This document shows, piece by piece, positions 1 to 12,535 of a stretch of 64,000 nt of DNA. The stretch covers positions 1,612,001-1,676,000 of the forward strand of contig JBHGNT010000006.1 of NCBI GenBank assembly GCA_043228905.1. The letters run 5' to 3'. The notes below the pieces were generated by a model. It had not been told where the DNA came from, did no database searches, and saw nothing but the letters and a program-made list of their open reading frames with translations. Position 1 is the first letter of the stretch. Each line of letters starts with the position of its first letter. The position numbers and the translations under genes are program-made. Source of the stretch: Azolla caroliniana (Eukaryota; Plantae; Polypodiophyta).

Positions 1-2683
1 TATTGAAGGTGGGATGTGCTACATTCATCAACCAATTTGTTACATGGGTCCAATCTAAAGTGTGTGAACAAATAAGTTTATAATGGGAGTTATTTAAAGG
101 TCGAGACTTTCTTGGTCATGAGTTAATTCATCTATTATACGAGTGTTTCTTGGCACCATAAGGTCAACGTGCTTTTACGTTAGTGGGAAAATACTTTTAC
201 AATATTTTACAATGTGAGTAACATAAACACGCATAGAGACCAATAAGTATATCATTGAAGGAAGGTAATGTTATAATGATAGGCAACATGTCAACAATAG
301 AGCACAATTGCATGTGACCATATACATGTATATATTATCTACAAGCTAATCATGATCTCCGTTAACAACAACATGTATAGCTAAAGGGGTCACTGATGAT
401 GTTGTTTCGTAAAATTTGGACATTATCAAATTTGCCCAATTCTTGAAAGCTATGTTTCCCAATGTCCTTTGGTCAATGTAGCCTTCACACAGAAACAATG
501 TCAACAAAAAATATATAAAGAGATAGATATAGTTGAGTTGGTAAGGTTTTCCGATGGAGATCAGAAGGTCATGTGTTCAACCCTCCACATTCCAAAGTGG
601 CTTCTAGTAATATGTATGGTGTGAAAAATGACATTTGTCAAAGGGCACTAAGCTCTACAAACATATGACTTTGAATCATGTTGAACTTGTGAAGGTTCAC
701 ACCACTTGCAAGAGGAGAAGTGGGTTGCCTACTACATGTAAGGGGCAAAACACTAAAAGAAGTTTTTAATCCAAGGCAAGAATTTAATTCTATATGATTG
801 TTTTCATAAGCATTCACATAAAAACAATATTTACACTTTACTATCATCAGATTTTTTTTTTGTTGCCTTTCTTAGCCTGTGTGCATGTAAATAGGGTCAT
901 TTTTTATGTTTTGTTCTTCTTGTGTCAAGTTAATTGAAATGAAAGGGATGAGCTCCTACTGGTCATGGATTTGCCATGCAGGATTGTGCATGGGTATGTT
1001 TTGGGCCATGGACATTGGATACTCCTTGGATATGGCATATGTACATTATCTCGCAACCCCTCACTTTAATTGTGCTTAAATAGCTAGGATTTCTTATAAG
1101 GGATTGTAGTAAACCAACTAATCAAATAAGCCCATTTTGTCCTAAAGCTATGGACCTCAATACTTTCGAAAAAAAATTAAATTTTTTTAATGAGCCTTAT
1201 TTTGATGCGGAGCTACAACTTGTTTTCATTTTTACGGTTTTCTTTCTACTAGTGTAGTGAAAATATATTTGGAGATAGTTGATAGTGGTTGCCTTCTTTA
1301 GTAGATAGCTTGTACATAAAAAAAAGGAAGCTCACCAAACTACAAGGAGCACAAAAACCTCACCAATAGGTACTTTAACATGTTCGTGAATGTCTAAGGA
1401 GCACAAACAACTTGCCAACAAAACTCATAAAATTGTTCTCTCATGTGAAATAAGGTTAATATTTAATCTCTAATTCACATCGTTCAAACACTAACACACA
1501 CATGCTTGCAATTACATACGTATATGTGTGTGCATGTTTATAATGGCGAAGGTATTCAAATGCCAATAGTTACCTACATATACATATGTAATTCCATATA
1601 GTGAGTTGTAAGCATCTCTAAGAGCTTGTGACCTTGGAGCTTGGGTACATACGTGAATTTCAGTTTAGATAGACACAATGGATATTTCCATGTGGATAAC
1701 TACTATAAATCCTTCATTGGCATAACCACTTCACAAAAAAGATGTCTGTTTTGAAGAATATGTTGTTTATTGTGATTCAACTATACATAAACCAATTCAC
1801 ATAGACTAAAAGAAGATGATTCCAATTTTGCCATAAATATATGTTGGAATAACCGTTGGAGTTTTGAATTGTGCGTATTCCAACACAAAAGAAGACATTG
1901 ATATGTTCTTCTTCCATTGATTATATATTCTAATGAGATGTTCTAACTTTTCCATTTTCGTTTACGCCCCAATAGAATGACAATATGTGTTCTCAAATAG
2001 GTAAATGGCAAGGTTCACACATTATTCAATCTTATGATAAAACATAAATTTTCTCCAATGACAATCAACGAGAATATATAGGTATTGACAATAAAAATCT
2101 TCAACAAAGATCATACAAGTTACCTTATGAATGTATTCGATATGTCCATCTACAAAGACAATAAATTATTTGGTAATATGTCCTACCAAAAAAAATATGG
2201 CAAGGTTTTACATGCTCAAATTCTTTGCTATTCTCTAAGTTATAATGTAGAAGCTTGTACGTTTTGAGAAAAACAGTAATGTTTCCATCCAAGACTAAAG
2301 GCAGTATAGACATGACTAGTTGTAATTAAGCTTTGCTCATTGTTTAATGTGCCCAAGTTTATGCCCTACATCCTTTCATTTAACAATGTAGCCAGTATTG
2401 TCCACATTAATCAATCATTCCAATGAAAACACAATTCCCGACTAGTAGACTTAGGCCTTGTAGGCTTCACAAATTGCATAGTACGACATTATGATCTAAC
2501 ATATGAGAAAATGTTTCGGATCATATATCAACAAACCCAATTATTCAACAAACAAGGGAGCTAGGTGTTGTGAAAGGCCATACTTCTATTCAACAATTGT
2601 TTATGAGGCCATGTCAGTTGGAAGTTATGGATGTGATTGCATATAACGACGCTTGACGTTATACGTCATATAAACATGGGATG

Positions 2684-3095
2684 TTCGATGGATCTCGTAA
2701 CACGTGACCTAGAAGAATTACTTAGTCATTGCATCACATCAACGATCATCAAAGATGCATAACCTATATTTCGATGGATCTCCTAACGTGCGACATAGTA
2801 GAATTACTCACTCATTGCATCACATGAACGATCATCAAAGACGCATCACATAACCTGGTGGCAAGCAACGACAACGATGGATGAGGAGGATGGGCATGTG
2901 CATCCATCCATCCATCCATTCCCGACCATCATGACAAAGATCCAACCACCATGGGTATGCAAACCCTCACTCATGGCGTCACATCAAGGATCATCAAGAT
3001 CACATGACACCCTTGCCCATTGCATCACATCAAGGAACATCAAAATCCATCCACACCCTCGCCCATTGCATCACATCAAGGATCATCGAGATCAA
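2684..3095. repeat. Imperfect direct repeats with core CATTGCATCACATCAA(G/C)GATCATC, probably a TE/LTR remnant
   Basis: Two ~85-bp copies at ~2684-2765 and ~2770-2856, plus shorter CACATCAAGGA(T/A)CATC cores near 2980, 3020 and 3065. Confidence 0.55.
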
Positions 3096-3561
3096 ACCAC
3101 GGCTGAGCACACTCTCTCACTCTCACTCAGATCATCAACTCGACGTTATTACATAAATACCCTATCTCAAGTGTTGTGTGTGTTGGGGGGGGGGGGGGGG
3201 GGGGGGGCAGGTGAGATGGCCATTGGCATGGGTGCCCAAATTTCTACCATCACCATTTTAGGTCACCGTATTCATGAATCATCATGCATATGATGATGTC
3301 TTCCCCGACTCGATTCAATGGAATGTAGAGCAAGCAGAAACAAAAAAAAGGAAGAAAACACTCTGGGTTCTTCTTATTCATATGACACAATACACACATA
3401 AAAGCACAGGTAGAAAGCCTGAAAATCCATCCATCATGGTAGCAATGAAATCGGGTGACTGATGATCCCCTCCTCATCAGGAAGGAACAAATCGGGAGAC
3501 AGAAGAAGAAGATGATGATGATGATGATGATGCTGATGAAGAAGAAAGAGATGGATCAATG

Positions 3562-4749
3562 TCAGTGCTTGAGGAGTTGAAGGGAGGCCAGCAGGAAAGG
3601 GCCGACCCCTTTTGCGTCGTTGGTGACGACGGCCTCGCTCAGATAGTACTCGTAGGTACCATTGCGGTACGGCGTGCCGCCCAGGCCCCCCACTGAGACG
3701 GTACGGTTGAAATTGATGCCCCCATCCGCCCGTGACTCCACGAACTGCGTCTTCAAACCCTCAAAGCCCCGCTCGTAGACCGCGCGGTACTCCGATTTGG
3801 ACAGGTACCCTTCCCTCACACCCTTTGCGAACCCATACACGAACATGGCGGATGCAGAAGATTCCAGATAGTTCCCTGCACGCCCACCTTGATCCAAAAC
3901 CTCCCACCACACGCCAGTGGCTGGATCTTGCACCTTGGCCACCGCCACCGCTAGCCGCCTTAGGATTGCCTCGAGATCCGCCCTCTTGCCATGGTCTTTC
4001 GGGAAGAAATCGAGGGTATCGACCAGTGCCATGAAGTACCAACCAACCGATCTCCCCCAGAAGCTCGGTGAATGGCCAGTGACCGGATCGGCCCATGCCT
4101 GTTGCCGTGACTCATCATATCCATGGTAAAGCAGCCCGGTTACGGGATCCCGGGCCCTTTTCTCCATCAACACGAATTGCAATGCAATGTCATCGAAGGA
4201 GGGCTTAGGTTCATCTTCAAAGAGGAGGGTATACTCGGCATAGAACGGCTCGGCCATGAAGAGACCATCGAGCCACATCTGGTATGGGTAGACTTGCTTG
4301 TGCCAGAAGCCTCCCTCGGACGTCCGCGGTTGCTTTTGCAACTGGTCTCGGAGAAGCTTGGCCGCGGCCCTGTACTTGGGCAATCCAGTCCTCTTCCACA
4401 AGAAGAGCAAAATCGTGCCCGACCTTATGTTGTCGAGATTGTAGTCAGATTCCTTGTAGGTCGGGATGGTGCCATTGTCTGCGACGTATGTGTCGGTTCG
4501 ATTCTTTATGTAATCGAGATACTTGGGTTCTCGGGTCTTTCGCCACACTTGTTGGATTCCATACAGGAGGACGCCGCGCTCATAGTTCCATTGATCCTTG
4601 CCGGGACCTGTCGAGTTCCAGATATTAAGGGCGGTGTCGGCCATCCGAACATATAACGGCTTCTTGCTGTTACTTCCAGCCTCCGCCATGCATATCCAGG
4701 GAAGCAAGCACAAGAAGGCAGAGACGACCACTATCCGTGAGTTTCTCAT
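3562..4749 (-). CDS. Secreted glycoside hydrolase family 105 (unsaturated rhamnogalacturonyl hydrolase, YteR-like), intronless
   Basis: Uninterrupted ORF. The track start at 4767 is TTG; the first ATG is at 4749 (395 aa). Hydrophobic signal peptide (IVVVSAFLCLLPWICMAEA). GH105 motifs NLDNI, EGGFWHK, QMWLDGLFM (catalytic Asp), LLYHGYDES, FWGRSVGW, YLESSASAM, and C-terminal GVGPFLLA. Confidence 0.92.
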   Translation of the reverse strand: MRNSRIVVVSAFLCLLPWICMAEAGSNSKKPLYVRMADTALNIWNSTGPGKDQWNYERGVLLYGIQQVWRKTREPKYLDYIKNRTDTYVADNGTIPTYKESDYNLDNIRSGTILLFLWKRTGLPKYRAAAKLLRDQLQKQPRTSEGGFWHKQVYPYQMWLDGLFMAEPFYAEYTLLFEDEPKPSFDDIALQFVLMEKRARDPVTGLLYHGYDESRQQAWADPVTGHSPSFWGRSVGWYFMALVDTLDFFPKDHGKRADLEAILRRLAVAVAKVQDPATGVWWEVLDQGGRAGNYLESSASAMFVYGFAKGVREGYLSKSEYRAVYERGFEGLKTQFVESRADGGINFNRTVSVGGLGGTPYRNGTYEYYLSEAVVTNDAKGVGPFLLASLQLLKH

Positions 4750-5493
4750 TGTAGATCCAATCGACAACCCCGATGTTTTAGAGTTTATTGTGTTTTATCT
4801 GGCTTGAATTGTGGTACAACTTTGTACAAAACAAAAGCAAAAGCAAAATACCAACCACCAGCAACAAGATTTGCCGGATGGGGAATGCTGGTTCTAGTAC
4901 TCTTGGAGATCTAGAAGCTTATTATTCAGACTAATCTGTTCACCTCTCATGGGGGTGTGTGTGTGTGTGTGTATGCATAAAGAGAAAGAATTTCAGAGCA
5001 AAAGAAAAGAGAGAGGTGAGATGAGATGACCAGTTCTCTTGGAAATGCTTGGTTTTTAAAAGAAAAGTCAACCAGCAATTTAGCACAAATTTCGTTAGAT
5101 CTCTTCGTTGTTAAATTTAATCCTCTTTTCCACATCTTGGTCTCTGATGCTTTATGTCTCTCACAACAAAAATCCATTTTCTCCTAAGCAACCCGAAATG
5201 CCTCATATTTTTTCAATTGTAAGAGTTGGAGTTTGAAATATATGTCTTTTTCGTTTAATAATGCTATTAAATATTTGAGGGAAGAACATGAGTCTTCATA
5301 GTTGCATTACGTATTTGATTGGTGGGATACTGTAGCATTATATATTTGTGGGATGTGGATCTTATTAGTTATCACATATAATACTATTATATGTTTGTGA
5401 GACGTGGCTCTTCATAGTTACTAGGATCAATCTTAGCCACCATATGTGTGTGTGAGCAAGATGAAAATACAAGTTACCCACTAAGTTATAACC

Positions 5494-5498
<5 letters not shown>

Positions 5499-5537
<39 letters not shown>
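5499..5537. repeat. (GA)n microsatellite, 5' flank of L1-like LINE
   Basis: Read directly from the sequence. Confidence 0.95.
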
Positions 5538-5541
<4 letters not shown>

Positions 5542-8086
5542 AAAGGAGGAGGTGGAATATGTATTTTCACATCTTGGAATTGATAAAAGCCCGGGTTGGG
5601 ATGACATTACGAATGAGTTTTTTAAAGCCTTTGTACCATAACTCAAAGCTCCTCTAACAATGATATTCCAAGAAATGTGGAGTTCTAGTAAAATGTCTGA
5701 TTCATGGAAAGTTGGTCTTGTTAAACTACCAAAAGTTGCATCTCCTATATCTTTTGCCCAATGGAGACCAATATCATTAATGGGTGGGATGTATAAGATT
5801 TTTGCCAAAGTAATTGCAAATAGACTTCAAAAGGTGTTGTCGTTTGTGGTCCACCCAATGCAATATGGGTTTATTGAGGGAAGGGACATCTTGCATAATA
5901 TTTTGAATGTGTAAATGGCAGTAGATTATGCAAAGGAATCCAAACAAATTATAATGATACAACTCGACATCGAGAAGGCATATGATCATGTAAGTTGGTC
6001 TTTTATTCCTCAACCTATGTCTCATATGGGTTTTGGGGAAAGGATGTCTCGAATATCATTGTTGGTGGGATTAGGTGCAGTGTCACACATTATGTTAAAT
6101 GGTGGAGTTACTAAGGCAATACTATTGAAAAGATCACTTAGACAAGGATGCCCATTGAGTCCATTATTATTTGCAATTGCAACACACCCGATTTTGGTGA
6201 AGATGCATGAGTTGGCAACTCCTCGAGAAATAGTTGGATTAGCTCTACCATCAGGGAAACAATTGATTGCCCAAGCATTGGCTAATGATTCGTTTTTATT
6301 TCTCAAACCAACACCTGATAACATAGCCAAAGCCATGGAGGTGTGGAATGTGTTCGCATTGGCATTACAATTACATATAAATATGCAGAAGTCGATGCTC
6401 ATTAGAAGCACTAAGAGTGATTTGGTTGATCTTGGATGGAGTGGCCAAATAATAAATCAAGGGAATGTGTGTAGACACTTAGTTTACCCTATTGGTGTTG
6501 ATGTCTCATCATCGCAAAGTTTGAATTGGATATAAGGAACCATTTTGGACAAATTTATGTATTGGAAGTCTCAAGCACGGTCGTTTAGTACTTGTCTCAA
6601 AGTGGTGCAAGCTATAATGATTCCAATTATTTATTATTTTTTGTCATTGTTACCGTGGACAAAGAAATCACTTGATCATTTAGCTCGTTCACTTAAATAT
6701 ACACTATGGAAGAAAGAAACAAACCTTGGTATGAATTAGGGATCATGGAACAATATTTGTACCCCAAAACGGTTAGGGCATGTTGCTTTACTAAATTTAG
6801 AAGATCATATCGTGGCTCGAAGATTCAATCTTTTGAAAGGTATGTGCATAGGTACCCAACCTTGGGTAGAAATAATTACTTATTTTGTCGAAAAGGTTGG
6901 TACTTACTATGGGAAAACGAGAATTACAGCTTTGTGGTGGCATGTGGTTAATAGTACCCGGCAGTTTAAATGTTCAGAATCTATTATGGTTCAACAATTG
7001 GTGCTTTCTTGGCAGCGGTGTTTGAATTTGTTTAATTGGAGGCCTCCTGAGTGCAGAAAAGATATAAATTCATTGGCAGTAGAGGTGTTGGCAGCTTCAA
7101 GGATATTACACTATGATGGAAATGAAAGTATAAATTCACAATTCAATCGAATGGCAAGGCTAGGCTTGGTAAATGTGGAAGATGTTATTTTAGAGTCATG
7201 TAGGAAAATGATGGCCTTTCCAACAATCAGAAATAAGTTTCATATACCACGTGGATATGGGTATATTTGGCAATCAATATTGGCATGCCTAGATTAGTTT
7301 TCCCAATTCCAGAGTTGGTGGTCGAGGAACCATGGAAAGATTGGTCATTTGGTAATGGGAAATCGATTGATGGGGTGCACACTAATGATGTGTACCATAA
7401 GTTGGTTGATGATAGAGCTTGGTTAGCAAATAAGGTTTTGGATACATGGCGCATTACTCAAAATGTGGAGTGGTGGCGTAGAGTTTTAGTTGTAGGGTGG
7501 CAATCTCATCTTCCATTTCGTGCAAAGGTGTTTCTTTGGCGTGCCATAGTTGGTGGGTTGCCTTTGGCGATGGCCTTAAAACGAAGACATATTTCAAATG
7601 GGACATGTTTTTTTCTGTACGGTGGTTGAAGAAGATGCCAGACATAGGTTCATTACATGTTCGGTTGCTAAAGGCATTTGGGTGATTATGTCACAAATTT
7701 GGGCATCGATATCAAGAAATATTTTGTCACCTTATAAATGGGTTTTTATGGATGAGGATAAAGTTATGCCCACACCATCGTATACGGTTGTTTTTTATTA
7801 CCTTAGATATTGGGAAATGTGGTTCAATTGGACCATGAGAAATGGGTTCTTGTTTGATGGACTTCATGGGGTAACACAACAACTCCGTAGGATGAAAGGG
7901 AAATTGATTTGGCAATTTTCACAACTATGTTGTATGGGGACGTTGTCCCAACAGAAGATAGACTTATGTCATCTAGTTTTACAACACTTGAGAGGGTTTC
8001 CCTTGCACTATCACTATTTATGAAGTTGTGACGATAACAAGGGTTGTATTATTATCTTATTTTAATAACAAACATTGATTTACGAA
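5538..8086 (+). mobile_element. 5'-truncated, decayed L1/Tx1-like LINE (RT + zf-RVT)
   Basis: ORF fragments carry KSPGWD, WRPISL, QYGFIEGR, LDIEKAYD, LRQGCPLSPLLF and a degenerate (F)ADD motif (LAND). Zinc finger region FRAKVFLWR...CFFCTVVEEDARHRFITC. Several in-frame stops and frameshifts. Ends TTTACGAAA followed by (GA)n at 8087-8098. Confidence 0.9.
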
Positions 8087-8614
8087 AGAGAGAGAGAGTA
8101 ATGAACTTATTTTAAGCAAAACTTGTGTAGATGATTAGTACCCTGACATTATGTTCTCATACAAAATGGAATGTGAGCAAACTCATATGGAAGCAATAGT
8201 GTAGATTGCAAACAAGGAAATAGGCTCTATCATGTATAGGGATTTTAACTTGCTTGTTTGGACTATATAGCCTTGGATCTCTCTCAAGTCACGATATATT
8301 ACGTTCCAAAAGTGCCTCATCCTATTGACAATGAAGCATGAACCTATTGAGGTGCCATGAAGTAACGTGTAATACACAACCCAATTATTGGAGTTATTGA
8401 CAATTAATCTTGTATGGATAGGAAGGCTCTCCAAGACACTTATTAGAAAGTATTTTCTCAAAGCACCATATTATTCATGAAAAACAAAGCATGATTGGTA
8501 AACTCATTAATGTCTTCTAGTTGTGTGAACTTGTGAACAATATATTCCAACGCATATAGACTAGCACCATTTGAGCTAATCTCAATGGGTATATGGCATA
8601 CCATCATTTCATTT

Positions 8615-8618
<4 letters not shown>

Positions 8619-8674
<56 letters not shown>

Positions 8675-8930
8675 CCCAAATTTCCCTTATGAGACCAAAT
8701 CAGACATATCATCTTGTATGTGCCTCCTTCCTAGGAGGGTTACTACTCTCAGTGAAAATAATGCACTTATGTGCCCGTCAAACAAGTCATTATATTTCTC
8801 ACAAATTATTGTATGAGCATGTGATAAGTACATGATATTCATTCTCCATTAGGTTTTCATTTCATACATTGCATATCTTCATATTTGGGCGATGTGCCAT
8901 GATCATACCTCAACATTGTGTGTGTTATAG
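8619..8930 (-). mobile_element. 3' end fragment of a second LINE family with (CT)n tail
   Basis: The minus strand reads KICNV*NENLMENEYHVLITC (CCHC-finger remnant), then ATTTGGTCTCATAAGGGAAATTTGGGCTC, then the (CT)n tract at 8619-8671. Confidence 0.6.
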
Positions 8931-11900
8931 AGAGAGATAGAGGTTGAGTGTGATAGAAAGTATCTACATTTAGTCATCATGTGAGACAAAAAATGGAGTA
9001 ACGATCATGAAAAAGAGGAAATAAAGTATAGCCATCGTGTGTGAAAAGATATCAAGGAGTGAGGATTAAAGTGCATTATACCAATAATTTGATCCCCATC
9101 AATCTCGTATATGTTAGGGGTGATCTTGAGGTGTTTGATTACAAATTTGTTGAGGTGTCATCACTCTATTTAAAAATAGGCTAACTCTTGGGGAATAGAG
9201 CAACCATTCCAATTTTTTCCCCATATATGGTATTTAGGAAGCGGTGGCAGTGGGCACCTACATGAAAGTTCAACATCATGAACTCCTTAAAGAGAAACTT
9301 GAACATCAATAGTTAAGAACAACTTTTTTGTAGTGTCACACTCTTTGGCCTCTTGTTAGTGTCATTGATAATCAACTTCACACCCTCAAGTGTCTAAATT
9401 GTTGTATTCAATCTCCATTCTCTAAGAACCATTTGGTTTACTTACACCAATTCATTAGAATCCAAGTCTTACTCAATTGTTGGATACTAGAACTTTCTCG
9501 ATTAGAATGAGGCGGGACCACTACTTAATGTTATGTTCATTACAAACCTAAAATACAGTGAATTTGCTTGTCGGTGATGTGGAGTTCCCTTGCACCTAAA
9601 TTCAAATTTACCATTTTTTCCAAGGATACTTACTTTTACCTTGCATATTTCTATTCTCAACTTTGTTAATCATTGTTGGAATCAATTACACACACATATA
9701 TTGGTTTGATTTTTAAGCCTTAACTTTGAGCAAATATGCACACGAATCTTAGTTCAACATGAACAGTAAGAAAATATTATCTCGATCTTAAAAATAAGGT
9801 GCTCAAACGATAAATAAATAAAAGTTTTCTTTGTATTTTCCACCAAAAAATGAACCTCGTTGAAGTTGTTAAATCCGTCAATATATAACTATTGTCAATG
9901 TACGTTTAGCCTTTAGGAACCAACCCTCAATTGTAGTACCCTCGTAGATAGCGGCTAGTGAACATGTCATGGCCCTTATCTTCTTGGTAGTGTTGAAAGT
10001 TTCTTCAAACAATATCCTTTACGTTGACATTATTACCATTGTATTTTTAATTTTGATGGGGGCGATATCTCATTTTCTAAATCTTGCATGTGCCACCATA
10101 AGCATTAAAGAAAAGTTTGCATACTGTGTCTCGACAAAAGAAATAAAATCGTTGAAATTCAAACACGACAATTACGGTTTGCACATTGAATGCTTACAAG
10201 ATGTGTGATGAATTCCCTTCAAGTATATGAAGCAAAATGATATTAGATTTCTTAGCAATGAAAGTCTTGATAAGAATCTAATTACGTCGCGTCGTGCCGA
10301 TTACCAACTTAGTTGCATTTGCACGATTTAGATTATTTAGATCAGACACCAGGTCACCATAGGAAACTTTCATAAAGACCGAAAATAATAATAGTTCTAT
10401 GTAGACCTATTCACGAGGCTAAGAAACTAGGGATTTTAACCAACATCTAACAGTGAATGAATTGAGGATGCACGCGTTTGGTGTGTGTGGACATACATAC
10501 TGATACATATATACATGTCCACAAAGACACAAGCTTGGTATGAGGGGCTTTTCTTTGGTCACATTGAACGCAATGCAAACGTGCATTTAGAGAAACCTTC
10601 AGTGTGAAGTAAGGAAACTCAGAAAATTGTCATGTGCTCTGCCCTATGACATCCAAGAGTTGTTATCGTTATGTTTTGGCAGAGATCGGTGGGATCCACC
10701 AATACTTTCTGCACCATGACATGTGTTTTTTCTGAAACTAGATAACAATTCTTAGAAAAAGAAACCCACCCGAAGCCAGTCATTTTTTAGTGTTATCATC
10801 ATGTATCATGAGGTAGTACAGTAAATCAATTGGATTAACAAATCTCACCACCCCAACTAGATTGCAAGCTAGATTGCTGCTGTGCAAAAACATTTATCCG
10901 CAATGCATGAATTCTATGTATGAGAGAGATCAAACTATGTGTAAATTCACTTATTTCAATACACCATATGAGATAGATGACAAATACTTTTTAGGTTTTA
11001 AGTAATTGCAGTACGTGATGATAATTGAGGAACCAGTCGTAATAAGGGAAGATTATAATTGTTTATTTATATAATATTTTCCCCGATTTCAGATCCGTTA
11101 ATTTCTACAGATGCCATTGCTATACTCACCAAGTACGGTGAGTGGAAGCAAGTGATCAATTAAAGTTTTTTTATTGTTGAATGCATCACTTGTGGATTAT
11201 TAGTAATAAGAAAGTCAAAGTTACATCTATGAATGCAGCTACAAGATGGTGTAATTTATTTAAATTTGTTGATTTGTTGCTCCCCTTCATGCTCCTTTGT
11301 ATACAACTTTCCATGCCCTTATACTATGTTTATTCTTAAATAACTCTTTCAATATCTTCATCATCATCACCACCATCATGACATTCAATGCCTTCCTCAT
11401 CGTCATCATCTTCACAAAGTTGTCAAGACTCTATGAACCCATGTGCATCAAAGTTCAAAGCAGAAAGTTAGTTCGGACATTCTGCATACAGGAATTTCTT
11501 ATGCAGAAATTTCTCAAGAACTTAAGGAGTTTTGCATGTTCACTTAAACGAAGAAGAATTGAATACTCAAAGAAGTTGCCTTTGTCAAAGATCCCCATAA
11601 CACATTCCTTGCAAAAGCTATTTATGGAAGAAAAGCTTTCGAAGGCGTTACTAAAATATGAGACTTCGCAAGAGAATGAGTAAAAGCAAATAGAAGAGTA
11701 CTTCGACAAGTGACACAGACCAGTCAAAGTTAGAGAAAATGAAAGCCAAGCTTTCATCGGCAGCACCAAGAGGACCCTCCATGGGAGTCTACTCTACCAA
11801 ATAATCATATGAACACACAAAAACCATCCATCATTTAATTTACTGATGCATATCAATTTGCCTTCATTTTCATGCCCTCAACTTATTAGCACAGTTTTGA

Positions 11901-12535
11901 AAGAGGAAACGGAGGAAACTTCACTTTAGAAACATGATAGAATGGGAATATCATGGTTGACACGTAAAACTGATTAAAAAACTTTGAAAACATTATTCCA
12001 ACATGCACGAGACGTTTAAATTCATTCATATTATTAGTCGCGTGAATAATGACATCATCTCCAATTGTCTGATATACAATAGAACGAAAATTGTGCCAAA
12101 ATGAACTCTCATCTGAACAAAACACAAGAGTTTACAACCAAGCAAAAGGTTGCAATTACAGTTACAAAGTTCCTAACTCAACCCAACACAATAGTTGCAT
12201 TAACTATGATGTCATATGTCAAAGAATCAACACTTACAATTGTACAAATCTGAGAGCTGTGGGTTAAGTTCAAGCAAAAACTATGTATGTAATGCTTTGC
12301 CACCCTTTTTATAGCAGTAATGACTTTGGAAGGTATTAATCACCACATAATGTGGAGCAAGTCTATGCAACTCAGTTTAACCACATAGACTAGATTCATC
12401 TTCACATAACATGGAGCAAGTATATATATGCCACTTGGTTGTAATTACATACACCAGATTCATTTTCTCATGTCTCATTAATAGCCATGGTGTACAAAAT
12501 CATATGGCGGAGATACAAACCAAGGACGAAATATC

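Noticed and set aside
2877-3293. 138-aa ORF with a poly-Gly stretch
   Set aside because: It is built from repeats and a poly-G run, with no homology signal or splice structure.
3732-4807. Several ORFs overlapping or antisense to GH105
   Set aside because: Shadow ORFs caused by high GC and codon bias; no motifs.
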